A DNA stretch of 64,000 nt from Octopus vulgaris (taxonomy: Eukaryota): the NCBI GenBank assembly GCA_951406725.2, contig OX597830.1:30566001-30630000 (forward strand), read 5' to 3'. Both the position numbers and the translations under genes were made by a program. Under the pieces are notes generated by a model. It was not told the origin of the DNA, did no database searches, and saw only the letters and a program-made list of their open reading frames with translations. Shown here in pieces: positions 40,176-53,437 of the stretch (positions are counted from its first letter, which is position 1; every line of letters begins with the position of its first letter).

Positions 40176-40554
40176 GTGGAGGCGCAATTACCCAGAGGTT
40201 AGGGCAGCGGACTCGCGATTGTGGGATCGCAGTTTCGATTCCCAGACCGTGCGTTGTGAGTGTTTATTGACTAAAAGCATCTAAAGCTCCACGTGACTCC
40301 GGAAGGGTGTGGTGGGAAATCCTGCTGTATTCTTCCACCACAACTGTCACCCGTTCTTCCTGTTTCTGTTGTACCTGTATTTCAAAGGGCCAGCCTTGTC
40401 GCACTCTGTGTCACACTGAATCTCCCCGAGAACTGCGTTAAGGGCACACGTGTCTGTGGAGTGCTCAGCCACTTGCACGTTAATTTTACGAGCAGGTTGT
40501 TCCGTTGATCGGATCAACTGGAACCCTCGTCGTCGTAACCAAGTGAGTGCCACG
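40176..40554 (+). mobile_element. SINE family C, full length with 10-bp TSD
   Basis: tRNA-like head GGAGGCGCAAT..GGTTAGGGCAGCGGACTCGCG..GTTTCGATTCCC. TSD ATATCAATAT at 40166-40175 and 40555-40564. Confidence 0.92.
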
Positions 40555-40689
40555 ATATCAATATATACTCATACACGTGTATGTAGACTATATATACATA
40601 GGTATATATGCTGATGTACACACGGTATACACTGACATACACACGGTATACACACACCCATATGCCAGAGTATATGTTTGTTTTTGTCT

Positions 40690-41070
40690 AATTTTTTTAG
40701 CTCCCAACCAAATGGTTTCAGCCTCAGTCTCCTCGCATAGCACCTTGAGCAGGTGTCTTTCACACTAGTCCCGGGCCAACAAAAGACTTGTGAGTGGATT
40801 TGGAAGACGGAAAATGGAAGAAGCTTGTTGTATATGTGTGTGCGCGTGATGTGTGAATCTTTGTATGTGTTTGACCCAACACCAGCGATTGACAACTGGT
40901 ATGTTTACGTCTACTTTATCTAGCGGTTCAGCAAAAGAGAGTGATACAATAAGTACCAGGTTTTAAAAAAATATAAGTACAGGGGTCGATTCGTCCGACT
41001 AAAATACTACAAGGCGGTGCCCCAGCATGGGCAGAGACTATTTACTGAAACAGGTAAATGATAAAAGATA
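40690..41070 (+). mobile_element. SINE family A, diverged
   Basis: TTGTGAGTGGATTTGG..GACGGAAA and TAGCGGTTCAGCAAAAGAG. Confidence 0.8.
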
Positions 41071-41214
41071 TTTGTGCGTATATACACTCACACACACGTT
41101 TATAAAGGAAATATATTCATAAACATAAGTTATTAGAAACAAAATTTCTGTCGCTGTAACGGAAAGCTGCAGCACAAATCTCTCAGTATCAACAATCACT
41201 TTTAATTTCTCGTA

Positions 41215-41273
<59 letters not shown>

Positions 41274-41275
<2 letters not shown>

Positions 41276-41700
41276 CTCAGGAGTTGCTATGTGGCAAGAA
41301 GCTTGCTTACCAACCACATGTTTCCGGGTTCAGTCCTATTGCGTGGCACTTTGGGCAAGTGTATTCTACTATAGCCTCGGGCCGACCAATGCCTTGTGAG
41401 TGGATTTGGTAGACGGAAGATGAAAGAAGGCCATCGTATATATACATATGTGTGTGTGTGCGTGCATGTTTAAGTGTGAATCTTTGTATCTGTGTTTGTC
41501 CTTCCCCCCCACCACCATCGCTTGACAACCGATGTTGGTGTGTTTACGACCGCGTAACTTAGGGGTTCGGCAAAAGACACTCATAGAATAAGTACTAGGC
41601 TTACAAAGAATAAGTCCCGGAATCAATTTGTTCGACTAAAGGCGGTGCTCTAGCATGGCCGCTGTCAAATGACTGAAACAAGTAGATGAATAAAAGAGTA
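41274..41700 (+). mobile_element. SINE family A, full length
   Basis: Matches 17815-18240. Confidence 0.92.
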
Positions 41701-42128
41701 TATATAGATATATACACACACACATACATATTTACATACATGCCTACCTACATACATGCATGCATACATACATACATACATACATACATACATACATACA
41801 TACATACATGCATAAATGCATACACGCGCATTCACAAACGTATGTGAACCTACAGGGGCAAATAAATGTGGAGAAAATAGTCCTCGAAAAGAAAATGTGA
41901 AAGAAAATGCTATTTTCTGGCAGTTGAAAATATACTTCAGAATAATTCTAAGTTCTCATAAATGTCTGATGAACGATTACGCGAAACTCTGAATAAAAGT
42001 TTGTAAAGTTTTTATTTTTCAACTTCAATACAATGGTGTATACATACATACATACATACATACATACATACATACATACATACATACAAACATACATACA
42101 TATAAATATATATATATACACATACACT

Positions 42129-42172
<44 letters not shown>

Positions 42173-42387
42173 TATGCCGATATATATACATACGTACACG
42201 CACGTGCATATATATATAGATGGATAGATAACCGCAAGTGTATATGCTGGTGTGTGTGTGTGTATGTGTGAATGCATGTATGTATGCATGGCTGTATGTA
42301 TGCGTGTATATATATATATATATATATATACGCATACATACGCATATATATATATACGTATATATACATACGCATATATATGTATAT

Positions 42388-42555
<168 letters not shown>

Positions 42556-42719
42556 TAGCCATATTTATCTATCCCCATCTCAGTATCTCTCTATCTCACA
42601 GTCGCGTTCTGAGGGGATGTGTAAGGGGATGGTGGAAATGACAGGTGATTTATCACCACAAGTGCAACCGTCAGTGTGTTGGCGGCACAAAGGTGGATTT
42701 GTTGTGGCTTTGATTAAGA

Positions 42720-43732
<1,013 letters not shown>

Positions 43733-44941
43733 GTAGGGAAGCAGAAGTTGGTGAAGGCATATAATAATCTTACATAAGCACATTCCTGATCAAGGAATAT
43801 TATTTTCAAAGACGTTCCAACCCCAAAACCATTCCATTTTTATTTTATTTTATTTCATTTTATTTTATTTCATTTTATTTTATTTCATTTTTTTTTAATC
43901 ATGGAACCTAGACCCACATCAGCCGATGTCTCATTCTTAAAAAAACATTTGTGTTATGCATTTAGCTGCTATTTCCAGCATGCCGCATGACTATGTAGGA
44001 TAGTGCTTTCTAACATTTCTGTGACCACGATACCTTTCCTACCTCAGCATAAGGTTACGCAACGCCCTTGTTCTACACACCCAGAAAAAAACGTAAACCT
44101 CTGCGAAAAATCTGTTCCAGCGAACGCCAATAGGATTCGCTTGAAATTGTTGTTGTAGCTGTTGTTGTTGCTGTTGTCTAGCTTTAATCGAGGAGACGTA
44201 AAATCAAAAATAATCCAACCGTGACAATCACGTTTTACTTTCTATATACAAGATACGCATGACCACATGGTCCAATGCACCTTTTTCCAAGATGGAAGTA
44301 CGTGAGTGATTTAATGGAGAGTTTGCTACTATCTTTAGCAGATTGAGTGACCATATAACGGAGAAGATGGTAGGGGCGATTGTCGTTGTCATCGCAGTTG
44401 GCGCCGCTATCGTCGATGTGGCCATCATTGTTGTTGCCATCGAGTTCGTTGTCTTTATTGTCGTTGTGGGGCTGTGGTCGTCGTCTTGTCAATATATTTG
44501 TTGTAGCCGAAGTCGATGTTGTCGTCGGGGTCTTTGGCCGTCGTCGCTGACATCGTCGTTATCGCCGACGTTGTCGTCTTCTTCTTCTTCTTCTTCTTCT
44601 TCTTCTTCTTCTTCTTCGTCTTCTTCTTATTCTTCTTATTCTTCTTCTTCTTCCAATCAGGCCTCACACCATTAGCCACAAAGAATAATCTCTAATTCGA
44701 GCCTACTCTAAGCTACTAAGAATGCGTGTGGGAACTTGAAGATCCACCCACCACACGCGATAGACTGGCGGTTGCACGGGCGCGAAAGATACGTTGTTAT
44801 CCTCATCCCATAAACGGCGACTTTTAGCGGGTTCAGAGCTGAGCCATCCTGGGGTACAGAGGATTCGCAATCTAGACTACTATCTGAAAGTTTACCACAC
44901 CATAGTGGGTTACACCATGGTTCCTCTGCTTTGATGCAGAA

Positions 44942-45136
44942 GTAGGAAGAAAGAGTGAGAGAAAGTTGTGGTGAAAGAGTACAGCGGGGTTCACCACCAC
45001 CACCACCCCGCCGGAGCCTCGTGGAGCTTAGGTGTTTTTGCTCAATAAACACTTACAATGCCCAGTCTGGGAATCGAAACCGCGTTCTTACGACCGCGAG
45101 TCCGCTGCCCTAACCACTGGGCCATTGTGCCTCCAC
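44942..45136 (-). mobile_element. SINE family C, 5' half
   Basis: GGGAATCGAAACCGCG...CCCTAACCACTGGGCCATTG. Confidence 0.88.
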
Positions 45137-45409
45137 TGTCGTTGTCGTTGTCCTCGTCGCTGTCATCATCGTTGTTGTCATCGTCATCCTTAGTCGTCTC
45201 TTTCATTGTTGTCATTGGCACCGTCCTCAACATAGTTGTCGTCTGCAATGACGTTGTTGTCATTATCGTCGTCATGGCTGTTGCCATCGTCTTCAGTCGA
45301 CGCCATCATTGTTGTCATCGATTGGTAGTCATTGTGAATATTATGAGGGGTTTTATGGGGTGGAGTATGTGAGAGCGAGCTATGAGTACTTTCTGTGCAG
45401 TAAAACGCT

Positions 45410-45745
45410 ATAGACGATCCTCGGTCATGAATGACCATGCGATTGCATCTAGAAATTTAGCCTCCGAGGCACAAGTGCGGACAATGTTATTTATGGAAGC
45501 CCAGCAGTCAACCATGCATACCAGTTGCTCCTCTCCATGCCACCGATGTTATCCGAGGGAAAGACAAAGGCCGATAGAGCTTGGCACCAGAGATGTTGCA
45601 ACTCATTTCTACAGCTAAGTGAACAGGAGCAACGTGAAATAAAGCGTCTTGCTCAAGAACGCAATACGCTGCTTTGTCCAGGAATCGAACTCACAATCTC
45701 ACAATTGTAAACCCGACGCTCTAACGGCTGAATCATGCGCCTTTA
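45410..45745 (-). mobile_element. SINE with D-type head and an alternative tail (D2)
   Basis: Head GTGAAATAAAGCGTCTTGCTCAAG..GGAATCGAACTCAC. The tail CGGTCATGAATGACCATGCGATTGC also occurs at 37176-37232. Confidence 0.8.
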
Positions 45746-46016
45746 CTACTATGCGGTGGTAGTGATTGAAATGCTGATATTTTTGGGTATCTTGTGACAG
45801 CAGTGGTGTGGTGGTGGTGGTTGGTTTTTATAGGGGTGGGTAGTGTACAAGCGGTGGTAGTGATGTTCTAACATGAGTGAGGTACACTTCTGGCTGGGGT
45901 GGGAAAATTTGTCGCCTCTATTGAAATAAAGACCCATCCCCACATCAGTCATTTTGTTCTTTTTGTATTTGATTTTGCTATCACTAACAGTATTGCTATT
46001 GCCGCTGTTGCTTTTA

Positions 46017-46049
<33 letters not shown>

Positions 46050-46378
46050 TTGCTGCTGCTGCTGTTGTTGCTGCTGCTGCTGCTGCTGTTGCTGCTTCCA
46101 CAACTGCGGGTGTTGTCGCCGTTCTTTTTTTATTCTTTTACTTTTGTTGGCGTTGGTGCTGTTATGGAAGGCAGTAGTTATTATCGCTCTTTAACCCCAA
46201 ATCGATCCTGACCAAACAGACTTATCATCAAACGGACTCCACTTCGGCCATCACAGATTAATTTTAGTTGTTTATGTTAGTCTGCGTTATCTAATGTGGT
46301 CTTCATAGGACTTTTTTTTAAAGATGCTATATATGTAATCTGATGAATATTTGGTTGCTATTTCTGTAAGGTACAGAG

Positions 46379-46714
46379 CAGCGCTTCCCAACCATTTGTT
46401 ATCTGATGACCACTTTGATTCTATTTCACTTGGATGGACCCTCATGACCATTCAACATTTAAAAAATTCTATCATATTTTTATGATTTAACATTATAAGG
46501 AATTAATTGTATTAAAAAATTGCTAAAATATTTTTGGATTGTTGAAAAGGGCGTAGGAGTGGCCGTGTGGTAAGTAGCTTGCTTACCAACCACATGGTTC
46601 CGGGTTCAGTCCCACTGCGTGGCACCTTGGGCAACTGTCTTCTACTATAGCCTTGGGCTGACCAAAGCCTTGTGTGCGGATTTTGGTTGACGGAAACTGA
46701 AAAGAAACCCGTCG

Positions 46715-46764
<50 letters not shown>

Positions 46765-47041
46765 TGTGTCTGTGTTTGTCCCCCCCCCCCAACATCGCTT
46801 GACAACCGATGCTGGTGTGTTTACGTTCCCGTAACTTAGCGGTTCGGCAAAAGACACCGATAGAATAAGTACTAGACTTACAAAGAATAAGTTGCTCGAC
46901 TAAATGCGGTGCTCCAGCATGGCCACAGTCAAATGAGTGAAACAAGTAAAAGAGCAAAAGAGAAAAAGAGTACATAAATTTTAACAACAAAATCATTCAA
47001 GGTACTCCATGGGTCATATCGACACCGGTTCGAAACCACGA
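46379..47041. mobile_element. non-autonomous hAT-like element split by SINE A
   Basis: Ends CAGCGCTTCCCAACC...GGTTCGAAACCACG. The 8-bp flanks GTACAGAG/ATACAAAG match at 6 of 8 positions. Confidence 0.6.
46549..46972 (+). mobile_element. SINE family A, full length
   Basis: Matches 17815-18240. Confidence 0.93.
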
Positions 47042-47458
47042 ATACAAAGTTATGAACTTTGATAATACTGCATCTGTCCTCATCGTTGTTGTTGATGTTA
47101 TTGTTGTCTTTGTTGTTTAGCCACATAACAACAATGACCAAGCAGACATATTATGATAAAAAAAAAGGGGTTCTAGTCCCACGAATAATTTGCCTTTTAT
47201 CCAAACATTGTATCTGAGAAATATATCCTTCATTTTTCATATTCATTTATTTATTTATTTTACTGTAAGATATTTGAGAGAGATTTGGTTGCTATTTCAA
47301 GCAAATCTAGTGACCACCTTAATATTCCCGCGTTGCCTTTTCATGAAGTGCAGTAGTTTGATGTTACTGATTAAAATAGTTATGACTTCAAAATATTGGG
47401 TCAGTTGTGATTATTGTCACTATTCTTATGTTCAGCCCTGACTGAACTAACCTATGAT

Positions 47459-48092
47459 CAGTCGCAGCAACCGTTATTTTCACTCGATAACATTCAATAT
47501 AATGAATCCTTTTTTCTTTAATTCTTTCTTTATCCTTGTACATTATATAATCCTTAAGCTTAATGTCAGTAGCCATCCCCTGGTTTATGAAAAAAATACA
47601 AAAATCCTTGTATAGAACTGTGCACTTTACAGTTCTAGCGATGCAGTGTTTGGCTGTGGTGCACATGCCCTCATGTCCGAGATAGGAAGCTTCGCGTTAG
47701 GCAGAGAGAGCACTACGTGAACAACAGTGCCGAATGAAAGGTAGTGTTTCTTTTTTACTCTGCGTGTGTTGTGCTTAAAAACGTGTTTATATTCTTGAAT
47801 GTGATAAAGTGCAGAATTAGATTATTACCCTGCTCCCAGCTTCAGTGATGCTGCCAGGATTTGAAAAATAGGGCAAATTTCCCCACCTTATTTTGTGATT
47901 TAGTGGGGAGTTAATTCGCGGCGGTGTTCAGTGAACAAATAAAACATACTACTCGGCAGTGGCTAAAATGCGGACTGATCATGTTAATGCAAAAATTTTC
48001 TTTTTATATGTTTCCTTTTACACAATATTAAAACAACAGCTAAAATTTTCTGAAGCAGCACCATAACTAATCTTATCTACGAGCCGCCACTA
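47459..48092. mobile_element. non-autonomous hAT element with 8-bp TSD
   Basis: CCTATGAT|CAGTCGCAGC...GAGCCGCCACTA|CCTTTGAT. It interrupts an older repeat that resumes after the TSD. Confidence 0.7.
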
Positions 48093-48689
48093 CCTTTGAT
48101 CAAAGCGATTTCAGCTGATACTGTTACAAATCTAAGATAACAATATCCTACAACGTTTTACTCCTGCTTTGTGACAAGTAGCAGATAATTTGAGAGAGAT
48201 TTGGCTGCCATTTCTAGTGCGTAGAGCAACCACAACAGGTTCCCTCGCATAAAATTTCAATTATGTATGAAGTTGGCAACTCGTGAGTGCTGAAGAAAGG
48301 GCATTGTTGTCAAATGTCATTGATTTGTGAGGAAGTGATGGTTGTGGTGACGGTTGTGGTAGTGGTGGTGCTATGGTGATAGTGGTGGTTGTGCTGTTGT
48401 GGCTGTTGCTTGGGGAAGGAGGTCATCGTTGTTGTCGCCGTCGGTATCCGTCGTCGTCGTCTTTGTGATACAGGTAGTCGTGTTTTCGGTCGTTGTCTCC
48501 GTGGCTATCTATAGCACAGCACTTTTGATGTCCTTCATGTTATTTGTTAATGACTTTTACTAAAGAAGGGAGATTAGCAACCTTGCCCTCCTTAGAAAAG
48601 AAGAGCAGGGGTGCTACAGGCATTGGTTGGCAGGGAAAGAAGCAAATTATCATTAGGAGGGAGATCAGAAGAGCCGGTCTGAATGCTTG

Positions 48690-48790
48690 CAATAAAATGA
48701 TCGCCAGTAAAAGCAGTCTATAACTAAAGTGTTACTGCTGGTGTTAAACAAGGCAGCGTATTAAGTCTTTCGTTATCTTTTATTTGTTTG
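48690..48790 (+). mobile_element. decayed LINE reverse-transcriptase fragment
   Basis: VTAGVKQGSVLSLSLSFICL resembles the RT motif GV.QGSVLSP.LF. Confidence 0.5.
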
Positions 48791-48936
48791 TCCGTCGAAG
48801 TTACTTCGTTGCTCTTCGCAACCTTTTCAGTGACCCGTGACTCCCTTCTCGCTCCAAAGCCTGCTTTCGTCTGTCTGAGAATTTTATCTTTTATCTTTTA
48901 TTTGTTTCAGCCACTGGACTGCGGGCATGCTAGGGC

Positions 48937-49165
48937 CAGGGCTGGATTAACAATTAAGCAGAATAAGCACTTGTTTAGGGCATCAAGGAGGAAAGGGCAC
49001 CACAGAACTAGTAAATGGTCTATGGCACAAAAGAAATCACTATAGACTTGCTAAAATGATGTTCGGGATGCCTCATCCCTACTAAGTACAGAAGCAGATG
49101 TTTTACGTAAGAACTGATTTTTTGGAGCTAATCAAAGACATTTCAATGTAAAAAGATGAAGACAG
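48937..49165 (+). mobile_element. internally deleted hAT element: terminus plus C-terminal dimerisation-domain remnant
   Basis: Starts CAGGGCTGGATTAAC. DASSLLSTEADVLRK at ~49067-49111 resembles the end of a hAT transposase. Confidence 0.6.
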
Positions 49166-49499
49166 GCGGTGCTCCAGTCAAAGGCGGTGTTCCAGCATAG
49201 CCGCAGTCAAATAGCTGAAACAAGTATAAGAAAAAAAATTCTACTGTATGGGTGGCCGGGGCACATGAGTAATATTTGCTGCAATTTTTACTTTGAGAAA
49301 AAAAGTGTATTTTTTTTACAAATGTTCATTACCTTACAGAAACTACTGTTCACCTCGTTTTCTCTAACTCTCGCCTGCTTCCGATCAGTTATTTTTTTGG
49401 CTATGTAATGATACCCGTGCTTTTCTCCGGACTATGTGCTTCTTTTTCCTTTTCCTCTTCCGTGTATGTATGTATGTATTATATGTATTTGCATACATA

Positions 49500-50000
49500 C
49501 TGTCCTGAAATAGATATAGAAAATCCAGCGGTTATTGAATACTTATATGTATATTATCACAAAGAATGCTGGTGTAACATTCCCATTGAAACATCGGTCA
49601 AGAAAAGTATGTACCGTCATTGAGGTCAGCTATCCTGCTGATGTGAATATGTCTTTGAAAATTAAAGAGGAACAAATTAATTATGGACAACTGCTCCAAA
49701 ACCTCCAGCTAGTATATTACAAATTTACATTCATGCCAATAATAATTGGAGCATTTGGTTTTGTAAGTAAATGTAAATGCCTATCAGTCAGTCTGGATAA
49801 CCCTGGATTTTCAGAATAAGAAATCAATCAACTGAATCGCATATTACAAATACGATCTGTAAGCGGAACAATGAAAGTATGTAAGACTTTTCTCAGGTTT
49901 AAAATGTGACGTTGTTTTCGTTATCTACATTCCAAAGACGAAGCTTTGTATCTTTGTTAGAAACCAACTCCTTCTTCAGAGGAAGAATTTAAATGATTAA
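49500..50000 (+). mobile_element. 3' end of RLE-type (R4/Dong-like) LINE, decayed
   Basis: HKECWCNIPIETSVK / KVCTVIEVSYPADVNMSLKIKEEQINYGQLLQNLQL..FMPIIIGAFG..SVSGTMKVCKTFLRFKM*. The PD segment is deleted. Confidence 0.82.
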
Positions 50001-50692
50001 AAACAGAAGAGACATACATACAGATATTCACATATGTACATCGCTAAACGTCTTGAGACTTCTTCTTTAACATGTTGTATATTAAAAGTACAGGCCACTG
50101 TGGCAAGGAATTATTACTGTTGTTGTTGACTGGATAAGATAGTCTTAGAATATATATAAAAGTGAACAAAGAACAGCAAGAGATAAGCTGGTTCGATGAC
50201 TGGTTTCAAATCTCAGCTGAATGCGTTTCACATTCCTCAGGAGAAAGTTACAAAATAGATGTTTCATATTTTTTCTTCAATCGATACTACACTTCGAATC
50301 AAGCTGATATCGATTTGAATTACTATTGCTTCGCAGTTTATAAAACAAGTACCAGTAATATACATGGCATTATTCTGTAAACTAAATAATATATTGCCTT
50401 AAAGAAATAAAAAAAAATTAAGTGACATAATCCTTAGTAAAAAAAAAATACAATTTTGGAAATATTTCAATTTTCTCATTTTCTAATACTTTTGAAAAAC
50501 AATGATATGAATGTTACAAATTGCCATTTCAATACTCCAACATTTTGAGGAAAAACAGTATTCTATTGTCACGTTATCGCAATTATATTTATTTCTGTAT
50601 TAAGGCAAATCGAACGAAATGGAAGGCTTTAAAGTAAATATTATTGCCTTGTATTCTATCTTTAATCGAAAAATTTTGAGATATTCCATAAA

Positions 50693-50899
50693 TGACGTAA
50701 ATTTAAGTCCACCCACTCGTGGTATTTTTGGTTATAAAAGGCCGGCAATTTCTCACTTCTATCGAGGCACCAGCACGGATCTAATCTGACCTGATCTCAA
50801 CAGATGTAGTGTAGTCTCGATCTGATCTCGATTGGTGAAGATTTATCAGGTCAGCTGACATCAGATCAATATAACACTTGGTAAGTATACCAGGTGAGT
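50693..50899 (+). promoter_or_regulatory. candidate Pol II core promoter and first non-coding exon
   Basis: TGACGTAA (50693), CCACCC (50709) and TATAAAAG (50733), then consensus donors TG|GTAAGT (50881) and CAG|GTGAGT (50894). Confidence 0.35.
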
Positions 50900-51765
50900 A
50901 TAAAACGAAGCTCACAGAAAATCTGGCTCAGATTGCATACTATCTTCGGCATAATATTTAAACCTATAAGCTTCGGAAGCCATTGAAGTTTAAAAGCCAG
51001 CCACAGAGGATTTAGGGTTGGGAAAAAAAAGAAACTATTTGTAGCGCGATAATGGTAGTTTTTGTCAGCTATTAGTAAGAGTTCAGTCTGCTGTAAGCAT
51101 CGACTAAACTTAAGACTTTGTTGGATTTCCAGGTCAGATTAAAGTCCGTTTAGATGGGCATAAATTAAGATAATTTGAACAAAATCTAACTTAAATTGGT
51201 TTACAAATGATCAGGTCGGTTTTATGAATCTCTGAGTCTTTAAACACTCTTTGCAAAATGCTGGTTGATGACAACAGTTTCGAGGTATACGGGTGTGTCA
51301 CATAACCGTATAGACTCTTAACCAGGCTCTTTAAGTGCAGGAAACCTTGGGTTTCCAACCAGAAATCCTGATAATGCTACTTTTGTACAACTTTTTTATA
51401 GGTAAATAAGGGCATATGGTTGATTGAAGGGAATTCACTACAACACTAGTGACAGCGGAGCAATGATGGAAGAGTTGAAGAGTTAAAAATAATGCCAACT
51501 GGATTCGAACTTACAACATTGGTGTCCTACTTTTATAGAATTGATGAATTTAATAAAACTTGCAGAAAATTATTTTATAATTTTCTTGTTAATAATATCA
51601 GTTTGGGAGTGACACGAAAAGTGGGAAAAAAGAGTCGATAATACTCTTCCCATCACTCTCAATTTATTGGCATTGTATTTGTTCCGAGTCTCTTGTACTT
51701 TCGAGTTGAAATCTCCGACAACAAAATAGGAATTTGTAAGACATATCTGAAAAATTAGTTTAAAA

Positions 51766-51870
51766 TGATTTCTTTTGTGCAGCAAAACATTTACCATTTC
51801 TGTAGTGCTCCCTCTTTCACTTGATGTCTTAAGCTTGTGCATATTTTGCTTAATGGTTAATCCATTTCTG
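51766..51870 (-). mobile_element. hAT-like terminus, inverted homolog of 48937-49040
   Basis: Reverse complement reads CAGAAATGGATTAACCATTAAGCA...CATCAAG...CACAAAAGAAATCA. Confidence 0.7.
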
Positions 51871-52718
51871 ATGACCATACTGTCTTTTATTAGAGATCAA
51901 GAAGCGTAAAGTGTTCAATGAGAGACCTTCCTATTTCATCAGAGCAGAGCGTGGTTTGAAAAGAACTCGGCTGCTATTTCTAGTGAGATGAAAGCCCCTG
52001 ATTCTCAGTTACTATAGTGCTCTTGTTTTCGCTCTAGTAGCCATAAGATGGTTAAAGTAGTGATGGTTGTGCTGTGGAACGTTGGTGGTGTTGACGGTGA
52101 TGATTATGATGATGATGATGATGATGATGATGATGGGTGGTTGTGTTGTAGGTGGTAGCGGTGCAGGTAATGGTGCGGCGGCAGACGCAGTGGTTGGTGA
52201 TGATGGCAGTGGCGATGGTGTGGAATCGCTCTGTAAAATAGCGTTGTTGGTGGTGGTGTTAAATGGTGGCGGTGATGCCGGTAATAGTGGGGGCTGTTAT
52301 AGTAGTGGGAGGGTCGATGATAGGGGTAATGGTATCGTGGTAGTGGAGGTGGTGGTGGTGATACTGGTGACGATGGTGATGGCATTGGTGGTGGTGGTCG
52401 TCGTCGTCGTCGTCGCCGTCGTGATGGCAGTGACGGTGATGGTGGTGTGGGCATTTGTTTTGTTAACGTGACATTTTGGTAGTGTTGTGGTCACAATAAA
52501 CAGACAGATGGTAGTAAGTAGATAATAGGCCATAAAAAATATACCCCAGGTACGGGTAGAGATAGAGCCTCTTTGAAGAGAGAGAGAGAGAGAGACGGAC
52601 AAACAGACACGGGGTAAGAGGATCAGAAATAGGAGAACAAAAAGAACAAAAGTATATAATGAACAAATAAATAAATGAAAGGACAGAGCATCGTGCACAT
52701 GTATGTATTATGTATATG

Positions 52719-52782
<64 letters not shown>

Positions 52783-53437
52783 CACTTGTGTATATGTATG
52801 TATATATCATTATGTGTATATGTGTGTATATACATACGATTCTATGGTTAATTTACATGCATACGTAATGCATTTTGAGTTCGTGTGTGTACATACGTGT
52901 GTTCGGATATGGATATATATATATATGTATGCATGCATGTTAGTGTGTATGCAAGAGTGTATATATGTTAAGATAGAAGCCATTAAAAGAGTGGAAGATG
53001 AGTGAGTCTAATGAATAGAAAGAGAATGTGAAAAAGTGGGAGTTACCACTCGCCTGAAAAGTTGAGAAACTTAAAACAGAAGTACGCTATCTATCTCTCA
53101 GTCTAACCATCTATTTGTCTATCTATTTGTCTATCTATCTGTCTGTCTGCCTGTCTATCTATTTATTTGTCTGTTCTTCTGTATGACTATGTATTTATCT
53201 ATGTGTGCGTATGTTCACACACACGTATATACTCACAATTTGAGGAAGTGGTATCACCACCTCCGCCACCACGATACCACCACCCCTATCATCGACCCTC
53301 CTACCACTTAAACCGAACCCCCCACTATCACTGACACCACTGCCACCATTTATATATATGCATATGTGGGCACAGAACGTCACGGAAGTGTACGACAAAA
53401 AATACGAAGTACGATTACATGGAATATGAACTTTTTG

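Noticed and set aside
40176-40250. Functional tRNA gene
   Set aside because: It is the head of SINE C, continuous with the SINE body and bounded by a TSD.
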